A DNA stretch of 64,000 bases from Sporopachydermia quercuum. Taxonomy: Eukaryota. The stretch spans positions 2,108,001 to 2,172,000 of the forward strand of contig BCGN01000001.1 of NCBI GenBank assembly GCA_001599295.1, read 5' to 3'. The notes under the pieces were generated by a model. The model was not told where the DNA came from. It saw nothing but the letters and a program-made list of their open reading frames with translations, and made no database searches. The translations under genes and the position numbers were made by a program. Shown here piece by piece: positions 9,627 to 21,290 of this stretch (within the stretch, counting starts at the first letter, position 1; every line of letters begins with the position of its first letter).

Positions 9627-11861
9627 CTATATCCAAATACTATCGTCATCACCATCCACATTAATCCATCTTCCATTTCTATCTATTACTTTAGCAGGAT
9701 TCAAATTNATACCATTAACACTTTTGATTTCATTATCATGACCATCATGACCATCTATCGATATGGAAAACAATTCATCGCTTCCTGACCCTCCAGAAAC
9801 TGGACTTTTATCTTCTGAACCCATATCTGCCAATGTCATACCGAATTCTGAGACATCCAAATCTCTATCCATTCCATTCTCCATTCCTCTTTCAAGATTA
9901 CTATCTTTATCTTTATCTCTAGAGAATAACGATTTCACTTCAACAGTACTGCTTCTCTTGCGTGCACCTAAGCCTTTGGTAGCTTCTAATGCTGGTGATT
10001 CTGGTACTATGAACTGCTGTAGTGAGCTGCTTGAATGCAGATGTGTATGAGAATGTGAATGCGAATGCGAATGGTGTAATTTATGGATTCCATGATTAGA
10101 ATCTGATCTTCTTAAAGCCAGTGAACTTATAGAACCAGGTGAGTATGATCTTGATAATGATGAGGACCTTCCAAGTTTACTTGACGATAAACCTGTAGAA
10201 TTTGAAGTGTTGTTATTGATATTTGTATTGATGCTAGTAGGATCAATAGTGGCATTGGGAGATACTTTGCTACCGCCTGATCCGTTCTCTAGAAATTTAT
10301 TACTGGAAATAGTCTCAGGGGTGAAAAATGTCTCGTTATAAACACTTTGAGGCTTAGTTAGATCTTCTGATGAAAGATTGTATAGACTGTTACTGAGAGT
10401 ATTGCTGGAATTTTTGTTGTTGCTATTGCTATTGTGATTATGCATACTATTGTTACCTGTTGATGACAACGAGATCGAATTAGATCTCAACCATTCAGAA
10501 TCACTGAATGGTGAAGTACCTTGAGCAGGTGAGTACAAGCCGTCGGATTCAAAATCTGACATTACGAGATTACCATTCATAGCTGCAGTTGCAATAGCAG
10601 CTCCTGATGTGAAAGGACCTAAATCTAAATCGTATGATGGCACGTCAACAATGGTCGAAGCTGAAAGGGTCTGAGACAAAGGAGATGAGAAACCTTCAGG
10701 ATGATGAGATGTGCCAATACAAGATTCGGATCTGTTTAGCATTAAGGGAGCGTTCAATTTTTCATTCACGGGTGAAATCGGAACTGTAGCTGGAGCTGGA
10801 TTTGAATTGGATTTGGCATTTGGGTTTGAATTCATGTCCATGCTGAGCTTCGGGTCGGATGATGAATAATTGCGCTTCATAGTAATTGGACCCGAATCAT
10901 AGTTTTTTCTTGGTCTGCCCGGTCGTCTTGCACGTTTTGGAGCAGTAGAATTAGGGTCATTTGGTTTGTTTGTCATTGCTACACTATTCGGACTGGTTTT
11001 ACTGTTGTTAGATATGTTTATAGAATTGCTTGAACTTGTACCCGGTGCAATATTCACAAGTGGTTNTACATCAGGAGCCAAAATACTGTTATTTTTTGAT
11101 AGTNCATTATTCTTCCTATTCTTCTCCATTGTTGTTGTAGTGTTGTTCTTTGACTTGTCCGTTATTTTACTCTCCCCAGAAGCGGTAATAGGTTTCCCTG
11201 TTACAAGGCTGTTGTTATTTTCCTCCCTAAAGCTGTTTGACGTTCCCAATACAGTACCAAGATCTTGTTGCTTCCCATATAGCGATAAAGAGCCAACAGA
11301 TCCTACAGGAATTAGATTGAGAGCCAAATCGGTCTCCTGTTTGACAGTAGAAAATATTTCATCGTCTGGACTAGCAATATCACCATTTCTAATATTATTT
11401 TTACCAGTTTCGCTATTACCATTCAGATCATCAACTAACGTATATTTTATTAATTCATCATTATCATGAATAGCTTCCAGAGCTTCTAGTTTTCTCAAAT
11501 CGTCTAAATCATCAAAATCGTATTCCTGCACTAATTTTTCAATTACTTTNTTGATACCAAACTTAGCATACACGTTTTTCAAAGGAGAGATGTCATGACC
11601 GTTGCAAGCCAGTTCTAACACTTTTTCAAATCCACGAGTGATCAAATCAAGCCTTGTTTCTATTAATTCAACATAACCAGCGGGATATACTTTATCCTTT
11701 GGTTTCTTCTTATCGGAGTATGTGCAGAGTTTATTATCCAGAAGACATTTACTGCAAGGTTTTCGACCATCACATTTTGTCTTTTTAATTCTACAAGAAT
11801 CGCAAGCTTTTCCTACTCTTCTTTTCCTGTTTTCTTGTTCATAAACTAGATGTTCAGACAT
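9627..11861 (-). CDS. FCR1: Zn(II)2Cys6 transcription factor, Fcr1-like, with a long Asn/Ser low-complexity tail
   Basis: RRVGKACDSCRIKKTKCDGRKPCSKCLLDNKLC...YPAGYVELIETRLDLITRGFEKV matches the Candida Fcr1 N-terminus as I recall it. Confidence 0.8.
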   Translation of the reverse strand: MSEHLVYEQENRKRRVGKACDSCRIKKTKCDGRKPCSKCLLDNKLCTYSDKKKPKDKVYPAGYVELIETRLDLITRGFEKVLELACNGHDISPLKNVYAKFGIXKVIEKLVQEYDFDDLDDLRKLEALEAIHDNDELIKYTLVDDLNGNSETGKNNIRNGDIASPDDEIFSTVKQETDLALNLIPVGSVGSLSLYGKQQDLGTVLGTSNSFREENNNSLVTGKPITASGESKITDKSKNNTTTTMEKNRKNNXLSKNNSILAPDVXPLVNIAPGTSSSNSINISNNSKTSPNSVAMTNKPNDPNSTAPKRARRPGRPRKNYDSGPITMKRNYSSSDPKLSMDMNSNPNAKSNSNPAPATVPISPVNEKLNAPLMLNRSESCIGTSHHPEGFSSPLSQTLSASTIVDVPSYDLDLGPFTSGAAIATAAMNGNLVMSDFESDGLYSPAQGTSPFSDSEWLRSNSISLSSTGNNSMHNHNSNSNNKNSSNTLSNSLYNLSSEDLTKPQSVYNETFFTPETISSNKFLENGSGGSKVSPNATIDPTSINTNINNNTSNSTGLSSSKLGRSSSLSRSYSPGSISSLALRRSDSNHGIHKLHHSHSHSHSHTHLHSSSSLQQFIVPESPALEATKGLGARKRSSTVEVKSLFSRDKDKDSNLERGMENGMDRDLDVSEFGMTLADMGSEDKSPVSGGSGSDELFSISIDGHDGHDNEIKSVNGXNLNPAKVIDRNGRWINVDGDDDSIWI

Positions 11862-14764
11862 TGTGTGGGATATGGTTTGTGAAATGTTGATAGATTAATT
11901 TGTGGTACTGCTGATGTGTTCGTATAGATAGATAATTCGTTCTATTCAGTTTCTTGACCAAATGACTAAAGCCATGAAAGTTTTTCAATTTACTTTCTTA
12001 ATTTAGTTGATGATGACTATCAGTAGGGTTGCAATTCGTTGTTGCAATTTACTAGTTTTGACGTGAAACAAATAGTCTAAGTTGATTTAATTCTCAATGA
12101 TTGATGGACATATCGGGGGGTACTTTGTGAACTCTTTGACTGTGATAGAATATATATATGACTGGATGTGCAATGCAAATATTGCTTATATGTTGATTGA
12201 ATACATGAGAGCTGTTCAAACTAAAGAGTAACAAAAAGAAGATAGCAGATACTAATAGTCAAACGTACCTATGTGCATAAATGAATGACCAATTAATGGA
12301 GACTCATTAGCTGATCAAGTAAAGAGACTAGAGAGATTGTTGTGAATGTCATGAGATCTAAAAAGCATTAGAGATTGATTGAGCTTTAATATTAGATACT
12401 ATGACGAGTGTAAATTAGCATTGGAGTGAACTATCTACACACGTTTGTTTATCATGGGATTATGTCTAATTGGTGAGTTGCTACTGTGAGACGAAGATAA
12501 AAAGAAGAATTGCATGAAATAAGCGAAACTGGAAGGTTTGGGAGAAAAATAGAGTTGAACATATTACATTGAGTTTGGTTACATGTCAGTTGTCCCTTTT
12601 AAGTTTTATTTTAGTGTAAGCTTCACAGAGAGATAATAGGAACAGAACAAGGTATTTATTGGTTTTCAAAGATTATCAAGAACTATCGGGTTTCGTATTC
12701 GATTACAAACGTTGTTTTCTATCAGTCAATTTGATAGGGTTCAATTTTTCAGTGGTTCCTTCCTAGCTAAATCAACTTATACGACACAACTCTTAGATTC
12801 AATTGCAGGCTCCACATTATGTGTATGCATAAATACGAGGATATGCAGGATTTCNTAGTAAATTTTATTAGTCTTAATTATTGGTGAATCTTCAACGGGA
12901 GGATGAGACGGCAATAAGCCGTGACGGCATTTGAAGGAGGCTGCTTGAAAGAAGTAAGAAATCTCTGAGTAGTAAAACTACCTACCTCAACCGAGTATAA
13001 TGTATAGAAATTGGAGGTGTCCAGGACCGTAGCATGTATCATTAAAGGAAGGAATATCCACCAGGATAGCTGATATTAGTGATACGCTCCCATCGAAGTT
13101 AATCAAATGTGAATACTTTCACCAGAACTCTTCTGTCCGAGAGGAAGAGAGGCCTGTTCGGTTTTACCATGCAGCCAATATTGGAGCCCGAACAGTAAGA
13201 AATGATAATTCACGAACGTCAAAATTTTTACTAATGAGCGGGTTACTTGAAATATGCACATCATTGATGCATAATACCTGCTTCACTTTAAAATGCAAAA
13301 GGAAAAGAAAGAAATTCAGATATGAATTTCAATTCACTTTTCAAACTTTTTTCATCACAGAATAACTCCAGACAACAGATACCAATAGATCTTTAACTCG
13401 CAAACATTTTTCTGAGTACTGTGAAATCAACTCAAAAGTACTCTTCTATTTTTTGAAAGATTTAAATGTGTTTTCTTCAAGTTTAAATCTTTCGAAGAAT
13501 ACGAATTGGTTACAATGTCAAATATATGGTTTTTAGATTCAGCATTATCCAATTTAAGTACATTGATCATGCGTTACTGAAAGCTTAAATAAAAACCCTC
13601 AGATTACATTCTGAGTTGCGAATTGTGGAGTAGAATATTGACTATTTGTAAGTTGCAAAAACTTGAAAAGAAACAGCAATTTGTGTCCAAAATAATCTAC
13701 ATTTCACACTATTCGTATTTAGAGCCGGGTCTCCAATAAAATCTAACCTGTTCATTCAAAACTGCTTACGCGGAATGTTCATTTTCATGTAGTAACTGGG
13801 TTAAGTTTGGCTAAATTCTTAGAAAACACATATTCCCATCAAATGTTAACCTAAAAAGAACATGCTTTTCGACAGACGGTTGTCCTTGAAAAGAATGTGT
13901 TAGAGAGTGTTACATATATAATAATGCCTTCGTTTGAAGGTTATAAAGAAGACATTTGAGTATCGTTGAGATTTGCAAGCAAAATGTAATTGTTATATTT
14001 AAGGATAGATATTGAAATGTGTATCATGTTGAGGGCGAAAGAGTAATAATCGGGTTAACTCAAAAGATTTAAAAGTTTATCTTCTCATATTGCTATATGA
14101 AGAGATAAAAGAAGTTATTCATATTTATGTTGTAGATGATACTAATAAACATTATTATTGTGCTGTGCAAGATCTTTTTACTATTGTTATATTAGCGGCG
14201 TTATTTGACTGAAATTCTGAGATCAAATCTTGTTACTGGAATCCTTGCCTATAATGAGTTATTTCCATAATTATGCGAGTAAATGCTTCGAATAACATAC
14301 ACCAAAACATTTAATATACGTTACGACGGTGAACTGTCAATAAAAGTAGCTCAATTCTTCCTTCGATACGGCTGGCTGCAAACAATTTACGTAAGAAAAT
14401 ACTTAAATGTTTACTATCGTAAACATNAATTTCAATTCAGCTTTCAAAAGTGCTCCGTTTATTAAATTTAGTTCCTATATATAACAATAGCAGAAAAAAG
14501 GCATACAAAATTATATATAATCAATTATATATCTTTCTTTCTGTTTAGGTTCAATACCATTTTGTTTTCTTTAACATAACCAGATGTCACTAAACGGTTC
14601 GATGCAATTCATTCATCATGTATTGTATCAACACCCAACACGATGATAAATTCATCAATATAATACAAAACATTCCGAACGGCAATGTTTAATCGTTTGA
14701 TACCCCATTTCCTACACTTTACAGACTCTATCATTATAACTTGAAAGGGTACTTCCCATTTGAT

Positions 14765-15226
14765 TTAAATTCTCTCCGATGAGGTATTAAAATCTTCCTC
14801 CCATATCCTAGATATGATATATCTAAAGTTAGGATCATTTTCAAGACCTCTACCAAACGAGCTCTCAACCATATTTGGAGGATTATCAAAGGTACGAATT
14901 CTGGGTATGTTATCATCCTCTTCATCACTAGTATTAGAAGCTCTCCGTAAGGAAAGTGAACTTCGTCTATGTCCATATCTTGGTATCTCATCTCTGTTGA
15001 GAATGGATTCATCTTTAAACTGAATCACTCGTGGGACGGCACCCCTTGATTCATTTGCTTGTCCTATGGTTGGAATTGATTGTTCCTTCTCATCTTGATC
15101 ATATGATGGTTCATAATTAGGATCTGTAATTGGAACATGTTTCCAGTGGATTGTTTGACAGCTTGAGCAGTACTCCTTAGCTCTCGTTTTGTGAGGGTAA
15201 ATGTTGAAATCGACAGGAATACCCAT
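14765..15226 (-). CDS. hypothetical protein (153 aa)
   Basis: ATG in an AAAAATGG context and protein-like composition, with CSSCxxxHxxH and RRSS/RRAS motifs; no family recognised. Confidence 0.55.
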   Translation of the reverse strand: MGIPVDFNIYPHKTRAKEYCSSCQTIHWKHVPITDPNYEPSYDQDEKEQSIPTIGQANESRGAVPRVIQFKDESILNRDEIPRYGHRRSSLSLRRASNTSDEEDDNIPRIRTFDNPPNMVESSFGRGLENDPNFRYIISRIWEEDFNTSSERI

Positions 15227-16878
15227 TTTTGCAGACTTATTTTCTTCTATCGGATTCTTTTGGTCTAATTATTTCTTGACGGTCCTAGAAACTTTTTGAT
15301 CGATGTATTGTGATAAATTTCTTCAGTTGTCGTTCAGACTATATTAGATGATGATAATAATAAAGGTTTATCTTGACTATCATTATCCTCTTATTTTCTA
15401 CTCTTATCTTATCTTCCTAATATTTGCAAATATTTGTCTTGTTTCATCATTCGTAGGGTATATATCTTTTGTACTGTTTGATCTCTTCGTTGTAATCAAA
15501 ACTAATCTTGTATTGGGAGATATAAATGGGAAACAGATAAAAACATGCTGTTATATTGGGCAATATCAGCAATATATACAGGAAACAATAATAACGAAGA
15601 AGAAGCTCATTAATAATATAGATAAGATGTGAAATTACAGGTCACAGGTATTTAAAGTTTAATGATTTTATGAAAAAGAACTGTCCGATATTACTATCAA
15701 GTTAGAGTTTCACCTTTATTTTGATTTTGTTAAGGCTTTTACAAATAAAGTTCAAGGCCGACGTATAGTTTATGTAATATTAGATCATAAAACCTATTCT
15801 TGGAATGTTTAGGTTCAGTAGACCCTTCACCAGAAGAATGAAGGGGATGGGTCTGAGAAGACACACTAAAACTTCTATAGTAAAAGCAAGATATAAAAAT
15901 GAATAGAAAGGGCGAAAAGTTGGATATAGTTTAAGGTATTGGAATTTGACAGCTTTATGTATCCTTTCCTACTGGGTGCTTCGAAAATCAGAAGGTGTGT
16001 GATATAATATTCAGTTTTTTAAACAATGAAGTCTTTCTTACTCTTTATTTTTGGTTAAGTAAGTTAGNTGAAATTTGGTGACGCACAATGAGACAAATGA
16101 GACAAAAGAGTCTACGTTACCATTTCCCCTCTTTCTAATCTCAACTCGAACGACTCAAATAACTCTACATCAGACCCTTTATCACTTTATTAGTTGTTCC
16201 TGGTTCCCGGTCCCCATTAAATTCCGAATATGTAAAGGGAGCACCTACTTAAAGAAATATGTTCCTGAGTGCTCGATCTCCCGATAAGATAAGATGAGAT
16301 GAGCCTGAAGACCATCGTTCTCTTTTAGATTTCTTTTCCTTTCAAGTCTCTTTTTTTTGCTTTTCACTGTTCTCTTTAATATCTTATTTATTATATCAAC
16401 TTTCTTATTTTAATTACCTGAGAACTTAGGGTAAAAAAAAACAGTCTTGGACAAGAAAACTTTTCTCACGAAGTAAACTTTAAACTTCAATCCAAACCTT
16501 CCTGAAACTTTATGATGTCCAATGAGTAGGGCTAGGGCTATCGCCCCTGTCCTGTGCTGTCCTATTCTGTCCTAATATATTCAGCATGACCTAATAAAAT
16601 AATCACATAATCTTTAACCATCACTGAAAAAGGAGTAAACAATAAGGAACCAAACTTCTGGGGATCTGGGGTAAGCAATTACGCTTGAGGCTTAACTACA
16701 TATGAAATAAAAATAAGAGAACAGTTTAACTGGCATATTGTGACTTTATAGAACTTAATTACTAGAGGTTCAGAAAGTAATAGTATCTTGCTTACTATTT
16801 TGATGTCTGGTGTTCTCATTTCTTATCAAACCTATATCTCTTAATTTGCTAGACTTTTCCATACCACAATATCATAGT

Positions 16879-18582
16879 ATGACTAACGTTTTTTCTGTCT
16901 CTGAAAAGGACAGTCAAGGCAATGTGGTTAATACTTACTTAAATCAGCACCATGGGCTGCATGGCTTAGAATTATATAACAACCCCAGGCGTCGAAATTC
17001 TCGAAGCTTTAAAATCAAAAGTCGGAGGATGAGAATTCCATTCTTCTCTCGAGTGCTGAAAATACCCAGTGTGCAGCTTTTTCACAATGTATCAACACCT
17101 ATTGGAGAGCCAGGTTCATATTCAGTTCTTCATATAGCTAAACAATTGTTTATCTCTGTGTTTCTTCCTTCTGGATATCCAAATTCAGTTACCCCGGATT
17201 ATAAATGGTACCAAATCTACGATACAATTCAAGCCTTTAGTTCTTCAATAGCTACACTCTTTGCTAATAGGGCAGTTTTATCCTCTGTTGGTGTTGGAGA
17301 TATGAACTCTTCGTCTACAACAGCAATATACATCACGGTACTACAAGAAACTGTTGGTAGACTTTCTACGATTATATTTGCTTGGAGAGTTGGTCAATGG
17401 ATTGAACCAGAATGTAAGAAATGGAGATTTGCTGCTGACCTAGTAAATGACGGTGCGATTATATCTGATTGTCTTTCTCCATTAATGTTAGGCGTATTAG
17501 GTGAAACAAGAGAAGGTTCTGCATATGTGAGTAAGATATGTCTTTTATGTGCATCGGGAATTCTGAGATCCATATGTGGGGTTATTGGTAATGGTAGCAG
17601 AGCGGCACTAACACAGCACTTTACAAATGAGTCAAACGGTGGTAGTATAGCTGATGTTAACGCCAAAGATGCTTCACAGGAGACAATAATATCTTTGTTA
17701 GGAATGCTGAGTGGGACATGGATTATCAGTAAAGTGCCAGAAGGCCATGATAGTATTGGACAAGTGTTTACTATATTATTAATACTACTAGTGATCCATC
17801 TATCAACTAATTATAGGGCAGTGAGAAATGTCGTGTTGACTAATTTAAATCGACAAAGAGCATTTTTATTGTTCTGTTATTTGGATGGTAAACATTTGAT
17901 GGAGCATGCTCCATTACCGGTTCAAATTGAAGCAGTAGAGCTTGAGAATGCTATAATTCCAACACCGTATACAATCAATCGCCAGGAGAAGATCTTGCAG
18001 TATAATGAGCATAGTATCAAAATAGCAGAAGTACAGAATGGTAATTTCAATATCTCAAATGTCAGAGAAGTGGGTAATTTCAGGTATATAGCTACTGTGA
18101 GTGAGTTTCTAAAATTTGTACCCCAAGATGTTTCAATAGAGCAATTGATGGAAAGTCAACAAACAGCTGCAAAGTTGTATGATCATGAAAATGGTACAGA
18201 ATATTCAATCGGATACTTCATGTGGGTAGTAAAGGGATATTCTTACACTGATTTTACTGTTATTGCTGCGCTGTACCATAAGGGATCGTATCAAGGTAAC
18301 GATAAAGACAGAACTGAGTTTGAGCATTACATTGAATTGAAGGCTCTGTTTCAAGCACAGTTGATAGCAAATAGAATGGCCAGCGATAGCTTTTCAAATG
18401 AAAAATCTATAGATGTGATGGAATTGATTTCATTTACATCAATTTTGGCAAATGATGTTTTTCTCACTGGGATTTCTGAGGACAATAGAAACTCAGTGCT
18501 CTATAATAAATTAAAGTCTGCTGGTTGGGATATTGCGAGGACCATGGTTAATCCGAACGGAATTAAGAATGAGATTATATGA
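16879..18582 (+). CDS. RUS1/DUF647 (root-UVB-sensitive, C16orf58-like) family protein; first ATG at 16879
   Basis: VFLPSGYPNSVTPDYKWYQIYDTIQAFSSSI, EPECKKWRFAADLVND, ADVNAKDASQET and HLSTNYRAVR...LNRQRA are DUF647 motifs. Confidence 0.9.
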   Translation: MTNVFSVSEKDSQGNVVNTYLNQHHGLHGLELYNNPRRRNSRSFKIKSRRMRIPFFSRVLKIPSVQLFHNVSTPIGEPGSYSVLHIAKQLFISVFLPSGYPNSVTPDYKWYQIYDTIQAFSSSIATLFANRAVLSSVGVGDMNSSSTTAIYITVLQETVGRLSTIIFAWRVGQWIEPECKKWRFAADLVNDGAIISDCLSPLMLGVLGETREGSAYVSKICLLCASGILRSICGVIGNGSRAALTQHFTNESNGGSIADVNAKDASQETIISLLGMLSGTWIISKVPEGHDSIGQVFTILLILLVIHLSTNYRAVRNVVLTNLNRQRAFLLFCYLDGKHLMEHAPLPVQIEAVELENAIIPTPYTINRQEKILQYNEHSIKIAEVQNGNFNISNVREVGNFRYIATVSEFLKFVPQDVSIEQLMESQQTAAKLYDHENGTEYSIGYFMWVVKGYSYTDFTVIAALYHKGSYQGNDKDRTEFEHYIELKALFQAQLIANRMASDSFSNEKSIDVMELISFTSILANDVFLTGISEDNRNSVLYNKLKSAGWDIARTMVNPNGIKNEII

Positions 18583-20852
18583 GCATTTGTGGGAAATTTG
18601 AAGTAATAAAAATAGAATAGTTGAGTGTTTGTCATTCAAATAGAGAATCTAGAAGTAAATAAATGATTGAGTAAATAGAAGCATGGTTATAATGAGGATN
18701 TAAAGGCTAGTTAGCTCAAATAATGCATTAGTATGTAATGTATACACAGTATTTGTATCTACTATCTGTTGAAACTCAACTGCTGCTGAGGGACTAGTCA
18801 GTTGGCTAGACTTTCCAAGTATTCCATCACATAAGAAAATACTAGTTATTGCGTTGAAATAAACCGGGGAGATCCATTATTCCTTTTCAATCAGTATTCT
18901 GACAATTCCTGCGCTGAATAATATTGTTGCTTCACTGTATCAAAAGTATTTTCGTACTCTGTTTCTGTTCATGGGAATACATGTGCTAATAAGAATTTGA
19001 GAAGCACATCCTTGCTTCAACAATCAAATATTTCCTCCGGAACTGAATATTTTTCATTGACAAAGCCTGGAATCAAAACGACCTTCTGATAGCAAACCTT
19101 TGAGAATTATCAAAAGAATCATTACTGTCCTTACTCATAATTGATAATGGATATGCAACCTATTTAATTGCTGTCCAGTTCAATTGATGAGAGTTTCTAA
19201 GAATTCGGTAATATGAGACATTTTATANAACAACNNNGTTGTTCTTTTCTGAGCGTTCTCGGGTAACCGGACACAATTTCAACTCTCCATGACTTGGTCT
19301 ATTCAAAAGTCTTGAGAATCTTTTTTCTCTCATCAATTAAACTCCTATCATTAATTTAATTAATGTACTTNCAACTGCAGAGCTATATTGTACTTCTTGC
19401 CAAATATTCGCTATATGTTACGTCGGACGGGAAGTGTATGCCCAGGTAGTACTACCACCGTCAAAAATTAGAAGCCTCTTTCTCCTAGTGTATCCACTTT
19501 GTTTAATCACACTGTCAAGAGGTTTAAATACCTCTTATATGACGTATACTAGAGCCGGTTAAAATTAAACCTGTCAAATGTTGATTCATCCATATGTGTA
19601 CAAAAGTAATAGCAAGCATGGTTCAATTCCCTCATAAATATCGGATCATTAGGAAGTCTGTATATTAATTGCTTACTCACTCAATTCAGTCTCAATATTC
19701 AATCAGTAAGACACTCTCTCATTGCTACAATGCATCAACTCAGTGTTACGTAAATTATTACTTAAGAATACATTATCAATATGCTCTATCTTTATTTTAT
19801 GCTTATATTTTTCAGCTTGGCCGTACTATCGTACTGCTATATCAAATACACTATAGAGGCTGTATTCCTATTCCCTTTACTTCAATTGACTACTAACTAC
19901 AAGCACTATCAATATATTATCTTTCTATACCAACACACAATCCATAGTTTAACTGGATCTTTCAATTGAAACATAAGTAAAAATGAGCTAATACCAAAGT
20001 GAATTTGTAAATAATCAATCCATACGTTCATCCTATCATCATTAACAATTCACCCACTGCCTTCGCACAGTATCCACAATATCAAGCGCTGACTTTGCTT
20101 CATCATTCTATTCGGAAAATTAATTCTATTTTAAACCAATTAAAGAATTATCTTATAGTTCATTCCCCGGTTCAATTAACGCATTCTACGTTTTTTCACA
20201 TAGTCAACAGCTTCTTAATATATCGAACGATCCCCAGACTTTTTAATCCGATCACATCATAATTCTCAAATAGGAAACCTGTCCAGTGAAATAAATGAAT
20301 GAAGCGTGTCTGAACGGCATTTTCCTGTAAGAAAATAATAAAATAAAAAAATAGCACGGGAATAAATATTTGAATTCAAATAATACTAATTAATCCAATA
20401 ATAGAAGATTTTATTTATTCTTAGAATCATCTGTTGTTTATATGGAGAAACATGGGGATTATCATTGCTACAGCCATTATCACCTAATCATATTGTATTG
20501 ATCTGATTTTCACTTTCTATCGAGAATCATCTTTTTTTTAATTTTTAAATGACAGTTTCTTTATAGGGGAACACTAATTTAGATATCAGCAAACAGTTAT
20601 TTCCCCTCTTGATATTTTAGTTTATTACTTAGCACTTACCAAATTCAATTACATCGTAATACACTATGATTTTCAACAGTATTTCATTCATTCTCAGCTA
20701 ATTAACAGGCTCCAAAGCTTGAACGGTTTTAACCTTAGGTACAATATTAAGGTTTTGCATAGAAACAAGGGATGATCATGTGTGTCCTCATCCGTTAGTA
20801 GTGGAAAAACACCGTTTACTGTTGAGCTTTAAAAATATTTAGTCTCAACCTT

Positions 20853-20885
20853 AACCCTAATTCAAAAATTTAAGCCCAGCCCTAA
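20853..20885 (+). promoter_or_regulatory. two Tbf1-like ARCCCTAA sites upstream of the RGS gene
   Basis: AACCCTAA at 20853-20860 and AGCCCTAA at 20878-20885; motif match only. Confidence 0.35.
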
Positions 20886-21290
20886 TTTCCGTTATAAGAA
20901 ATGATCAAATGAGGGCTGCGCATNGTGTAGTAAGTAACGTCAGGCAAGTATTTATTCAATCTAATGAAGTAGGGTTTTATATATATAATAATCCATGTCT
21001 TCAACGTAATATTTTCCTGTTCCTTATAACTACCGCAAAAAAATGGAGGTTATGAAGAAGCTTNGTATTATTGGAATATACTAGTAATTGTTAGTAGAAT
21101 TTATCACCAAACAAATCAAACTGCTACAGTTTAATTTTACAAAATATTTTATTCATATATTAAATCAACCAACGTTTCGTCATTTCAACTAATAATACTG
21201 TTCAACTTCACACTTCAGATAAAATGCTAGAGCGTTAACTCTTCTCCTATCAACTCGAAAGACCGTCTTAATACAATCACATATCCAGTA

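Noticed and set aside
18762..19340. Protein-like minus-strand text with TGA stops (VVLIPGFVNEKYSVPEEIFDC*SKDVLLKFLLAHVFP*TETEY...), a possible relic or NUMT with TGA=Trp
   Set aside because: Five stops in about 110 codons is near chance for this composition, a TAA is also in frame, and no mitochondrial or other family motif is recognisable.
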